From Lytechinus pictus (lineage: Eukaryota), in contig NC_087250.1 of assembly GCF_037042905.1 (NCBI RefSeq), positions 10,046,001 to 10,110,000 of the forward strand: a stretch of 64,000 bases of DNA, in the 5' to 3' direction. The position numbers and the translations under genes are program-made. A model generated the notes under the pieces. It had not been told where the DNA came from, ran no database searches, and worked only from the letters and a program-made list of their open reading frames with translations. Every line of letters begins with the position of its first letter. Position 1 is the first letter of the stretch. This document shows positions 1 to 11,698 of the stretch, one piece after another.

Positions 1-873
1 TAATGACATTGTAGAAAATGGACGATTTCGGCCAAGAGAACATATTTGTCGAGTGCTTGGCTCAAATTCTTTGTTAATTGACTTTATGTATTCGAAACTG
101 AAAAATGCAATACCAAAAACTTGGATCGAAAGAATTCTAGACATAAGTTATGCAGATAACGATGGAACAAATTCACAATACGGAAGCGACGTATTCGAAA
201 TTAGAACGCTTGATTTTATTAGACTACGATCAATGAAGTCTCGCAATTTCTATAGTTTATTGTGTGAATTTAAGAAAAGAGAACCGACTGCTTTAACATT
301 CTGGGAAGGTGAATTGAACCTTGCAATTGATTTTGACTGGAAAGACACATTGAAATTTAAGTTTAAGACATTGAAAAACAATAAAATAAAGCAACTCGAC
401 TTCAAAACTCTTCATAGGACTTTATCGTTTAGATACAACTTGTGGAGGTGGAAAATCGTAACAGACAACTTATGTATTTTCTGTAAAACAATAGAATCTT
501 TTGTTCATGTTGTTTTAGAATGCCCAAGCGTAAAGCTTTTCTGGAAACGTATTGTGGATTTGATTAATTTAATGTTTAAAGGAAAATATATTAAACGAAA
601 AATCAATAATAGTTGGTTTTGATTTCACACATGAAAAAGAAACAGATATAAATATAAATAAATCCTTGTGTATGCTCAGTATGCAATCTATTTGATGTAT
701 ATGATTAATTATTTTCAAGGTAAACCATACAACAGTTATTCTATATGGCATGTGTTTAAATATGAAATTCTTTTAGACGACATCTCGGATGTTGTCTCTA
801 AGACCCTGAATGTTAATACATATTAACTTGGCAATTGAATAAATAAAAAACCTCCGACACGAGGAAAAAAAAA
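1..873 (+). mobile_element. 3' fragment of an L1/Tx1-clade non-LTR retrotransposon (ORF2 C-terminal zinc-binding region, frameshifted near 600, A-rich tail)
   Basis: ORF 53-622 contains CIFCKTIESFVHVVLECPSVKLFW (CxxC..E...H....C.....W, zf-RVT-like) preceded by FKTLHRTL; AATAAA and an A-run at ~840-873. Confidence 0.85.
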
Positions 874-1154
874 TCTTCAAATCAATTCTACTAGCTAAAT
901 TCCACGTGATCTTCATGATTAAGGTTTACTTTTATTCGCATAACTATTTCAAAGTTCTGCGCAAATCGTTTTTCACTAACTTTTCAAAAGCAAGTGGTGC
1001 TCACTCAAGCAGAAATATATTTTGACAGTTATATCGTCATTTGCTTAAATGGATCTGTACCAATGTTAAAATGTGGAAAAATATTCAGGATATTACAAGT
1101 GTATAATTTTACAGGATTGTTTTCAAAGTGCAAACTTTTTTTTGATACGCACTG
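874..1154. mobile_element. Right part of a Tc1/mariner-type MITE (probably interrupted by the LINE)
   Basis: Ends in TTTTTGATACGCACTG followed by TA (1155-1156), the same CAGTGCGT terminus as the complete element at 8296-8955. Confidence 0.55.
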
Positions 1155-1684
1155 TAGAGGATCACCCATGAAATTTATTAAAGTTGAAAATATGTATAAA
1201 AGGGATCCACTTTTGTAAGGCACAATTTTTTTAATGGAATGTCTCAAGCATAGGAAATTGGGGATCCTTTTTTTATTACACATCATTAATTTGAATTAAA
1301 TTAGAATTAAAAAATTAATTGTGAATATTAGTAGAGAATATCGATAAAGAATTGTATGGAAGGGGAATGTGAAGATGCAAGGGTAAATTGCCAATTCGCA
1401 TACTGCCAACTCGTCCACTTAACATTCAGCTCGTGTAAAAGAAAATTTAGAAGCACCACTTTCCATTGTTCTCACTCAGCCATACGTACATTACAAACAT
1501 TGAAATTGGCATTAAATGAAAGAAGAGAAGCATATTATTGTCTCCATTATTATTATTTCTATTAATTCCATTCATGTACATCTTCTGAAGCAAATGATAA
1601 CGACTGCAAAAACTACAATGAATTACAGTTTCGTTTTTTTGGGGGGCGCACTGTATATACACGTATTTGCATATGTGTGTATTC

Positions 1685-1708
1685 ACACACACCCACACAC
1701 ACACACAC

Positions 1709-1747
<39 letters not shown>

Positions 1748-1759
1748 TGTATGTATATA

Positions 1760-1817
<58 letters not shown>

Positions 1818-1820
1818 TAA
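1685..1820. repeat. (CA)n/(TA)n microsatellite
   Basis: Direct reading; source of the YIYI-type ORFs. Confidence 0.95.
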
Positions 1821-3410
1821 TAGAAATAGTCTGCTTCGGAATATGGAATAAAGTAATCACAAAAGGTTTAGTAAATGCCGTGGAAATAAGATCGCAGATT
1901 TTAAAAGGAGCATAGCTCTAAAAAATAAGGGTGTGTGTGTGAGTATATGATACAGATATGAATTAAATAATATTCTTATAATAAGAATAAATAATGACTA
2001 TAAATGGTAGTAATTTGAAAAAGAAAATTAAAACCTCATAATGAAATTATCAAGCAAACTAAATAAATGTTAAAAAAAAATGAAAAATAACTCACTATAA
2101 TAACTCAGTATTTTGTTTACCCTAGGGTAAACAAAATAGAGTCCCCAGTCTTTATTCCTATAATGTATAAAAGCGATGCACTTTCTCTTGAATTTCCTTT
2201 TATTTCCATGTTACTATTGCTTTTTCATTACCCCACTATGTATTGTTATAATTTTCCATTTTGGCTTGGAACGGTTATAGACACCATCAAAGGCTGAGTT
2301 GTTATGAGTCGTAATGGCGACAAGTCAAATATGACTAATCGCCACTCAAACCAACATAAGGAGAAGTTATAGCATGGTTGATGTCACAAGTTGGAATCTC
2401 GTCATTCAGGTGCAACCTGCAATGATACGAAATATTTCTTTATTAAAAATAAAAACACGCATCAAATTAAGCATACTAGGTAGAATTTGACAAGAGACTG
2501 CTTATTTATACCTCAGTCACATTACCCCCCCCCCCCCCCACGACCGCCGTACGGCGAGACGAAAACAGCCGTTTGAACATTATTTGTACCAGCTATATAT
2601 GGGTATTTGAAAGAAATTACATAAAATGACTGTTTAAGACTCGCCGTATGGCGGCTGTAGAGGAGATGTGACTGAGGTAGGCCTATAAAGTAAATTTTTG
2701 AAGTGTCCTTCAAAAACATCATCTATTCATCATATTAATGTGGATATGCTCTTGAATTATCGTGTCTTATCGACCCAAATTCTCAAAAGTTGGCTGACTT
2801 ACCCCCGTGGGCTAAAACGCCTCATTTGACGTCATTGGCCCACGGAGGCTAGATTTTGCATTTCTCGAAGGTGGGTAAGTTAGCCGACCTTTGAGAATTC
2901 GGGCCATCATGTGTACAGTTAGTGTTAAAATCGTGTGGATATCAAGTGTAAGAACATTCATGTCAAATACTTTTCATCATGTCATGATAACATCAGGGTT
3001 CGTAACACAAAGCTTAGCGATGAATAGAAAATATGAAAGAACACTTCTGATTGGCCCCTGTTCAGTATTTTAAACTAAATGCGCGTGTAACATTGATTCT
3101 GACTGGTCAGTCCAGTTAGCGATTGATCGCTAAATCTTTGTGTTACGGAGCCCTGGTCTGAAAGATAAAAACGCATGTTGTACAAACCACTCGTACATGC
3201 CGGTAGATAGTTGTGATATCAGTGAGTTTTCGCACCGCCACCTAGAACGAATTCAAGAATGCAGCTCAGTCGAATCACAATGAACAGCTGAGAGGTCTTT
3301 GTCTAACTTTGATGAGCCGGAACAGCAGATTGTGCTAAGCTTCAGAGCTGACGAACAATTGCAAATATGTCGTTTGTCCAGAGTCCAGATTGATACTGCT
3401 GTTTTGGGGG

Positions 3411-3770
3411 CTCTCGATAAAGACCTCATTGTCATGAAGGGTGCTTGACAATACATTCTCTATGTTCTCGAATCCGTCGTGTTTCGTGGGAGCGAAGGTT
3501 CACTTAAATAAAGAGGGACGTAAGGTGCCATATGTTGTACTTAGTTTGTGGAATACTGAGGTATTTCTAGCTTGAAAAATTATATTTTTGCTCTCGACAA
3601 AGACCTCATTGTCATGAATGGTACTTAACAACACATTCTCTATTTTCTCGATTCTGTCGTGTTTCGTGGGAGCGTAGGCTCACTTAAATAAAGAGGGACG
3701 TAAGGTGCCATTTGTTGTATTTAGTTTGTAGAATACCGAGGTATTTCTAGCTTGAAAATTTATATTTTTG
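3411..3770 (+). repeat. 180-bp tandem duplication
   Basis: 3411-3590 and 3591-3770 both run ctctcga.aaagacctcattgtcatgaa...tatatttttg; only one unit is present in the paralogue at ~62130-62310. Confidence 0.9.
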
Positions 3771-4821
3771 CTTTAACATACCGTTGTTGATGCATTTGGG
3801 TTCCACAAACTCATACCGCAGCGGGCGGTCCCGCGAAGAGCAGTTAGAAGAGCACAGAAAGTCAGTATAACCGAAAAGGAAGTTGGAACAGTGATTTGCT
3901 GGAAATACAACAAACAAGGCATGAAATTACACAAATATCGTTCTGTCAGCATTGTCATGACAAAGGTATTTCAAGTGATTAACTGTAAATAAACGCAGAT
4001 CAAGCAGTGGGGTACTTTGTCCTGAGTCAGAAAGCAATGTAAAGACACATAGTGCCTTTATACAGCTCGGGATTCCCAGTAAAAGGCGCGGTACAATATT
4101 TTGACAGGGACCCTATGTGGTCCGTTCCATACAGAGTTGCGACTAAACTACTATGAAATACTAAATAATATGTTGCTAAATCGGGAGTTTTAAGAGGTAG
4201 CATAGAGACAGCATTTTTATTTTCAGCACTCGGGACTCTAGTGGATGGGGGGGGGGGGCTCAATGTAGCACAAATGCTTTTTTAGTACTTCAAGTTCTGC
4301 AAATGAGCACCCAAAGTGCAGTCCTTATACAAACTCATAAAAGCAATGATTGCCACTTTATTTTCACAGTGAAACCTTGATTGGGATTGGCTTACAGCTG
4401 AGGTACCATCGTTACGATAGTTGTCACTCTGTACAGACCCCATTTGTCTGACTTAAAGAAGAATTATGGCTATGAACTGTTATCTGAATATGAAAATACT
4501 CAATAATTTTTCCAAATATTGAAACGTAAACTGGGAACCGTTGCCTATAAAGTTGCCATTATGGTAACTTTGACATCAAATGGTAAATTGCATGGAATCC
4601 TTGATTCTGATTGGCTGTTGATCAGTGTTAACTTTTAGGCAACGGGACACAGGTGTGACAAATTACCAATGTTCCTATCGCATTAGGGGTTTACAGTACA
4701 CCAAGTGGATAGAATTAAAAGTGAAATGGAGAGATAAGAAAAATGAAAGTACATTATCTTTCGGAAATAAGTCAAGTCCTTAAAAAATACTGTAAAGCAG
4801 AAGGACCTTTCTTTGCAATTA

Positions 4822-5175
4822 TGTGACCAAAATTATGACAAATCTTGGCATTAATCTGATATAACTCTCAAAAGTTTATAGATTTAGTCATTCAACGTTT
4901 ACCTGACAGTAACGTGTCTGATCAACTATCATTTGGAAATATTCCATGCAGACAACAGCATGCATGATCAAGGTCAGAGGTCAAAAGTAGTGGGTCACAC
5001 GTGTGACACTTTAAATCACACACGTGACCCATTTCTTTTGACCTCTGACCTTGAATTACATATTGTTGTCAGCAAGAAATATTTTCAAATGATAGTTATG
5101 TTACTGTCATATAAAAATCGAAATAAATCTATAAACTTTTGAGGGTTATAACAGGATTTATCATTTTGGTCACAC
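4822..5175. mobile_element. Palindromic MITE
   Basis: Nested inverted repeats tgtgaccaaaat/attttggtcaca, aaagtttatagattt/aaatctataaacttt and tcaaggtcagaggtcaaaag/cttttgacctctgaccttga. Confidence 0.65.
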
Positions 5176-5574
5176 ACGTGACCAAGAATGGCCCAGAAAG
5201 AGTTTAGAAGGTTGATTAGTTGGAGATATAGGAGGCTTAAATAGTTGGAGAAGGTTGGCTTGAGTCGGCGATTTAAGTTATTGAGCAGGAGAGAAGACTC
5301 AACGTTTCGAGCAGGTTGACTATCCCTCTCCAAGCCAGCCTACGATCACGATCTCTCCAACTACCTAATTATCTAATAGGCCATGTAGGGTCTATGATTG
5401 TAGACACAGATCCTACGGTAGCTGTCGGAGAGAAAAAAATCTTACAAGTCCTTGTATGATAGACACCTTAAGCACCTAAAGCTCTTAAAAAAGGGCAGGA
5501 GCAAAGTTATTTGCAAAATTTTATCTTAAAGGTCATTGGGAAATCTTAATATTTTTTTTTAATAGCAACACATG

Positions 5575-5795
5575 CACTGCAAAAACTCCAGTGTTGATTT
5601 AACACCAGCCCGGAATCTGTATTAAAACAACACCAGTTTGGAATCGAACCGATGAAGTTTTAATACTAATTGGTGTTGTATAATCACCTATCTGGTTTTA
5701 GACCAAAACGAGACAGGTGTTTTTTAACACTTCTCTGGTGTGGACATATATAGATTCCAGACTGGTGTTAAATCAACACCGGAGTTTTTGCAGTG
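5575..5795. mobile_element. CACTG-ended MITE (CACTA/EnSpm-like) with 2-bp TSD
   Basis: TIR CACTGCAAAAACTCC.GTGTTGATTTAACACCAG / CTGGTGTTAAATCAACAC.GGAGTTTTTGCAGTG; TG on both flanks. Confidence 0.8.
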
Positions 5796-8160
5796 TGACT
5801 TTCTATTGGCATCGGTTCTTGTCTACACATGTATCGACAAGAACCAAGTTGAACTTTGGACTGCAGGAATTTATGTCAGGGTTCTTGGGCTTGGAAACTC
5901 ACCGAACATCGCGTGTAACAGTTCAGCAATCTAGTACCGTGTGCAAGAACTGAGATGAAATTTGCGCATGCTCCAAGACTTAAAAGGGTCGACAGGAAAC
6001 ACGTGACCATAAAAATCAAAATCTGAAATAATGAAAACAGAATGTAAATATACCAAGTGGCGTGGGGCCTTAATTCTTGGCCTCGACGGTGCAATTTGGC
6101 GCCGTTCCTACACTATTGAATCAAGAATTTACAAATAATACTCATGATCCAGGACATTGATAATATTTATACAAAAGATGTATCCTTGGAACAGTTGTAA
6201 AACATTTTGACTGTTCCGAAGGTAAACAATGTGAATAACGCATTTTAGCATCAACTTCGCAGACACTTTCTGCAAAGTTCAGAATCTATTGATAATGCTC
6301 GTCAAATCACACTGGGCAGATTGGAGGTCATTGTCGAAAGTTGATGGACTGGGACAGCACATCGTCGTAAGATTCGTACGAGACCAAAAAAATGCAAATA
6401 TGTCGTTTGCCCAAAGTCCAAGACGACACTGCTGTTTTGATTCACCGATTTTCGACAAAAGCTGCTTTGTTATGAAGGGCATTTGGCAAAAGATTCTCTG
6501 CGTCACAGTAAGCGTCTGTTGAGTGAATGCTTCAATGGCCTAATAACGCCAGAGCAATAGGTGACTTTGCATTACATATTTATAACATGCATCTTTCCCT
6601 TTCTTAAGTTACCGGGTTATTAACTCTTAATGTGCCATTCACTGTAATCAGCGAGTGCCACTTTTTTCAAAGAGTCTATATTTGAATGTTTTATTTATAT
6701 AAAAAAGAGAATCACTCATGAGACAATAATCTTGACCATAAGCTGAACTGAACAATGGAATCACTCATGCATGCAATGCACTCCTCAAAATGCAATAGGC
6801 ATAACAATAGCTGTATGACCATTACACGAAAATATGTTCGTGGCACTCCAGTGGATGCACATATATGTGTTCATGGCACGTTAAGGGTTAACGGGGTAAG
6901 TTTTGTCTGTAATGTTTAAAAATGAAGCCCACATAAGAAATGTGAAATGGATGAAAAATGATAGTAAATAAAGAGGCTTCGATAGGAGGTAGTAATAATT
7001 TGTAAACAAATTTTCGGCATTACTCCTACGTGTTTAAGATCGCATGCTCGATCTGTAATGAAAATCATAAGTCAGATTAACTGAAAAATTACTTTACGTA
7101 TAAAACGGAGAGGCATATTAATGTTCTCAATGCATACAAGTTTTTAATACATTCTTGAAAATATATAAATATATATTGATTATCTGGATTGTGAACATCA
7201 AATTTGTCTTTTTATTTGGAAATATCCTAGTCAGCATGTACACGTTTTTTTTGTGGGAACGGAAAACAAAAGGTAAATTTGTACAAAAGGCAAAAGCAAA
7301 TAAAAAAATATGTAATATTCTTACCGTCCATGTGTATTTAGAGATCGTAGCAAAGCCACTCAATCCAGTAATAAGGTAAAACTGTGGAATTAAGAAAATT
7401 GTATAATAAATGTTTTCAAAGCGGTTATGAATACTTTGAGACATTGGTTGAAGTACTTTTTTTAAAAGCTCACCCACGAACCAATACCTGAAATAGATTT
7501 GTGAAGATCTCTCTAACACACATCCTCACCCACACACATTTACACACGCAGACGTACACCTTCACACACACGCACACAAACTTCTAAGTGCAGCCACGCA
7601 CACACAGCCTGGCGTTTAGACAATCGGGGACTCGTTTATCATTAATCGATAAAGTTGGGGCATGTGTTCGCGGTCTCATACACACAAAACATTGAATTAG
7701 ATTTTTCGGACATACGGAGCATAGTCCGCCAACTGGGGACGCTTCCTATTCCCTTACACACACACACACACAACCTTGAGAGTAATTGACCGAACTGGAT
7801 CTTACGTTTCCTGTGGAACCGATTTGACATGAAATGAGGAATTGATTGTCGGTTATCTATAGACCGGGGACGTCCCCGGTTGACTGGTAAAATGCCAGAA
7901 AATTTTCAAAGAAGGAGGTCATTACAAACTCACAAATACGCGCACACAAACACATGCTTATGCATATGGCATAAAGAGAGAAATGAGAATAAGAGAGAGG
8001 GGAGTGAGAGACAGATAAAGATCATGGTCCGTATAATTTCTCAGTCAGCCCGAAGAAACATACTCCAAATTGACCAATGCGATTGTTCGTTATTTTCACT
8101 GGCACGCCATGGGTATATTTCGTTGACAGTGTGACTATAGAAGTTTTGACATATCAAACT

Positions 8161-9208
8161 GGTTTACTCCCAATTGGTCTAAAGCCAATTTGTCCAATTA
8201 CCAACTCGTCTACTATCGTTTCGTCTACCATCAGTTCATCCACTATCCACATGGTCTAATTGCCATTTCGTCTAATAACCAACTGGTCCGATATACAGTG
8301 CGTCCCACAAAAAACGAAACCAAAATAATCGATGATTTATCATAACTTAATCACAAATACAATAGACACATGACCTACCATTGAAAAGCTTAGAATCTCC
8401 TCTTTCATCTGAAATTACTTAGATTATTTTTCATTCACGCATGAGTGACCAAAAACAATTTGAAGAGGGGATACCAAAAAGTCGTTTGGCGGGCTGTATC
8501 TGGGCTTCCAAAAGAAAACCACATTTAAAAAAAATTCAATATATGCGTTTTAATTTGATACCACAATTACAAAAAATGGTTAAGAAATAACAAAGTTCTG
8601 GTTGTTTATTTAATGAAATTATAGAAATACAAGCATTGTTTCGAGGGAACATAATTGTTTTACTTCTTGACCATTTTTTGTGATTAAGGTATCAAATAAA
8701 AGAGCAGATATTGAACTTTTTAGGCATGTGATTTTCTTTTTGAAATTCAGATGCCCCCCGCCAAATGAGTTTTTGGTATCCTTTCTTCAAATTGTTTTTG
8801 CTCACTCATGCGTGAATGGGGAATAATCTAGGTAATATCAGATGAAAGAGGAAATTCTAAGCTTTACATTGGTAGGTCATTTGGCTATTGTATTTGTGAT
8901 TGAGTTATGATAAATCATCGCTTAAACTCGGTTTCGTTTTTTCTGGGACGCACTGTATAGACATTTAGTCCATATAACGTTTGGTTCAATTGGACTCGGT
9001 GTTAATTTGGCGATATGAATGAAAATAGATATTAGACCAATTGATTATGAGACGAAATGGTCATACACAAACTGGTGATTAGACGAAGTGATGATTGGAA
9101 CAAAAGGTTGTTAGTCCAAATGTTGATGGACGGAATGGCATTAGACTAAATGAAGGTAGACTATGTGATGGGTGGACGAGTTGGCAATAGACGAATTGGC
9201 AATTTACC
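8161..9208. mobile_element. Non-autonomous DNA transposon with GGT...ACC ends and 8-bp TSD (Merlin/MULE/hAT-type uncertain)
   Basis: ATCAAACT at 8153-8160 and 9209-9216; imperfect TIR ggtttactcccaattggtcta / ggtaaattgccaattcgtcta; internal short repeats; related copies at 34871-35288 and ~1382-1418. Confidence 0.8.
8296..8955. mobile_element. Tc1/mariner-type foldback MITE nested in the previous element
   Basis: TA|CAGTGCGTCCCA.AAAAAACGAAACC...GGTTTCGTTTTTTCTGGGACGCACTG|TA; arms of ~300 bp. Confidence 0.9.
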
Positions 9209-9465
9209 ATCAAACTTACAAAAGCAAGGGTAAATTCAAGACTGTAGAATCGTGCTATTGTTCCACACGTCACCACACCAAATGCAACTAAAGTGAGCAC
9301 CACAGAGGTAAAAACACCGACCCCGGTTACATCGTAGTTTTCCGATTCCTTATTGCCCTGATGTGATGATGAAAAAAAAGAAATAGCATACAAATTTGAG
9401 CAAATAAAATTGATAATTAAAAAAAAAATCTTAAATTCTTAATTATATTCAACGCATAAATTAGA

Positions 9466-10475
9466 GCTACTGGAAAGAACACAGTGTCACGCGATGTGTG
9501 CTACCGTGTTTTAACAGTGTGCCACCGTGTTTCAACAGTGTGCCACCGTGTTTCAACAGTGTGCAACGTGTAAAATCACCTTAAACAATATTAAATCTAT
9601 TCAAAGCATAGATCAGTGTGTGCTCACATGTGGAACAGGATGTGAAATCAACTTCACACTGTAAGATTGGAGCATTTCAACATGGTGAATCATATATTCG
9701 CATAGTCGACCATTCCAGCACGCTGTGAACTTTCACACTGTCGAGGTGAGAGAACAAGAACATTTCTTGACATTGTTGAATGTGAGCATTTTAACAGAGT
9801 GAATAATATTTTCACATAGTCCACTATGTGCACACACTGTGATCACACTGTGTGACGTCAGAGGCGTCGATCCTGGGGGGGCAGGGGGGCGATCGCCCCA
9901 CCAATGAAAATATTGGGGGGGCAAACATATCATTTTGCCCCCCCCCCCCCAATAATTCCGGATATGCATTAAAAAAAAACAAGATTGTAATGTTCAGCAA
10001 GCGAGATTGAGATACACAACTCGTTCTTTATTTAAAATCGTGCTCAAAATGTCCGCTTTTCAGATTGGAATATAAAAATTTTCAGCTCGCGCTTCGCGCT
10101 CGCATCATTTCTGTAGCAAAAACCCATACTTTTCATGATTAAATTGGTGAATGTAAATGTCCCATTTTTAGTTCTAAGCCTCAAAAGAACTGCTTCAATT
10201 TGCAATCATCTTTTCTTGGATATATAGCTTGTTCTTTATCAAAAACGTCCAGTAAACTGTCATTTTTTCAGATCGAAATATCAAAATGTTCAGCTCGCGC
10301 TTCGCGCTCGCATCTATTCTCTTTTAGATACAAATCTTAATCATTGGTACCAAAAATGCTTAGAATATCAAGTTTTGAGCTCAGAATATAAAGAAATTTG
10401 AGCTCACTCTCGGCACTCGTACTATCTGTGTAGTGAGATACGTGTCTGTGTCTCATGAGTCATACATATATATAG

Positions 10476-10537
<62 letters not shown>

Positions 10538-10544
10538 ATTTATA

Positions 10545-10600
<56 letters not shown>

Positions 10601-10697
10601 TGTACGATCGAGCGCCTTTGGAACGTTAATGATTTCGCCCCCCCAATCTGAAAAATGGATCGACGCCCCTGTGTGACGTTGTGTTCTTTCCAGCAGC
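9466..10697. mobile_element. TIR element hosting the hAT MITE
   Basis: gctactggaaagaacaca at the left and tgtgttctttccagcagc at the right; no clear TSD. Confidence 0.55.
9859..10671. mobile_element. hAT-type MITE
   Basis: TIR CAGAGGCGTCGATCC / GGATCGACGCCCCTG; 8-bp TSD TGTGACGT (9851-9858, 10672-10679). Confidence 0.9.
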
Positions 10698-11386
10698 CGG
10701 TTTTAGACGCATAGATCGGAAGAAAAATAAACGAGTGATACGAAATAAATAATTTTAAGTAAATATGATCGAAAAAATAAAAAAAGGAGAAAAACTACGA
10801 TATTTGACACCAGGGTCCCTTAATACAAAGAACTTAGCAATATTTTACAGTTAGACTGAATATTGACAATTTCACATTTAAACTCAACAGTGAAAGCATC
10901 CGCAATTCTCCAGGAAGAGAGATGGTCACTGGCGGTTGGTATGTGTCCCATGAATCTCTGATAACTCTAGTCTGGATGGCTGTAAATATTGCTATAAGTT
11001 GCCACAGTTTTTTAGTTTCCTCTATCTCTCTCTTCTCTCTCTCTCTCTGAGGCGTAATTAAACTAGCCTTTGTGTAAGTCCTCGCGCTCTGTTTGTCTGT
11101 CGAACACGGTTTGAATATCATGATCATAACAACAGGCTATATCAATGTAATCGTCGTGATCGCCAGAACAAGCCGAGTTTAATTAAACCGAGTTTGAGAA
11201 AATATAACAGCATCAAGCGCCTTTGATATAGGCTAGGTGAACACTTACTTACCCAACACGCCCATGATGTCCACCTGTGCCAAGGCTTTTCCTCTTCGAC
11301 TGTTGCATCTTCAGATCTATTTTCATCTTTAGGTCTATTTTCTTCTTCTGCTGCGTCGCTCATTGCTGGGGTTGCTGATGAATATA

Positions 11387-11698
11387 TAATGATAATAATA
11401 ATAATAATGATAATAATAATAATAATGCAGTTCTTGTACAGCACATATCACAGTATGACATAACGTCCAAATTAGCTTCCAAAGGACTTGGATTTTATTT
11501 CCCTGGATTTAGCCCCGCAGCCTTTCCTAGCGCGAAGTAATTTCAAGGAAATTCGGGTACTCATTTACCTCACCTGGGTTGAGTACAGCACAATGTGGAT
11601 GAATTTCTTACGGAAGCAAATAACGCCATTTCTGGAACTCGAACCCACGACCCTCTGTTTCAAAATCAGAAGACTAATCCACTGTGCCACAACGCTCC
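11387..11698 (-). mobile_element. tRNA-derived SINE with (ATT)n tail
   Basis: Minus strand reads ggagcgttgtggcacagtggattagtc (A box)...ggttcgagttcc (B box), a core actcaacccaggtgaggtaaatgagtacc and a 3' (ATT)n tail. Confidence 0.85.

Larger units (their letters stand above)
2170..5456 (+). repeat. Segmental duplication, copy 1 (direct paralogue of ~60910-64000)
   Basis: Collinear match, e.g. ttggcttggaa..gctgagttgttatgagtcgtaatggcgac at 2261/60991 and cttacaagtccttgta at ~5441/63985; near-identical ORFs 3773-3958 and 62312-62497. Confidence 0.95.
7026..11374 (-). pseudogene. Decayed proton-activated chloride channel (PAC/TMEM206-like) pseudogene, multi-exon
   Basis: Exon-like pieces in the correct order resemble vertebrate TMEM206 motifs recalled from memory: DTYQPPVTISLPGELRMLS (10891-10947) ~ DRYDAPGIALYPGQAQLLS; PRSIDNRQSI ~ PREVKKRELV; SSVNY ~ SAIDY; WRTMLRMS (7708-7731) ~ FRTWVKMS; NFID ~ NYID; SSQIYF ~ SAQLFF; GFATISKYTW (exon 7325-7381) ~ EFAKLSIKW. 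ATG at 11363 is followed by a TM segment; in-frame stops, frameshifts and damaged donors are present. Confidence 0.7.

Noticed and set aside
1447..1915. ORFs rich in YIYI/HTHT (also 10433-10651)
   Set aside because: Translations of microsatellites
6279..6539. Apparent last exon (AIEAFTQQ...IINRF) with a good acceptor
   Set aside because: The same DNA recurs as a diverged repeat at ~3260, ~14400-14940, ~21800 and ~62000, in both orientations and without frame conservation
11630..11698. tRNA gene
   Set aside because: Degenerate acceptor stem fused to a SINE core and tail; it is a SINE head
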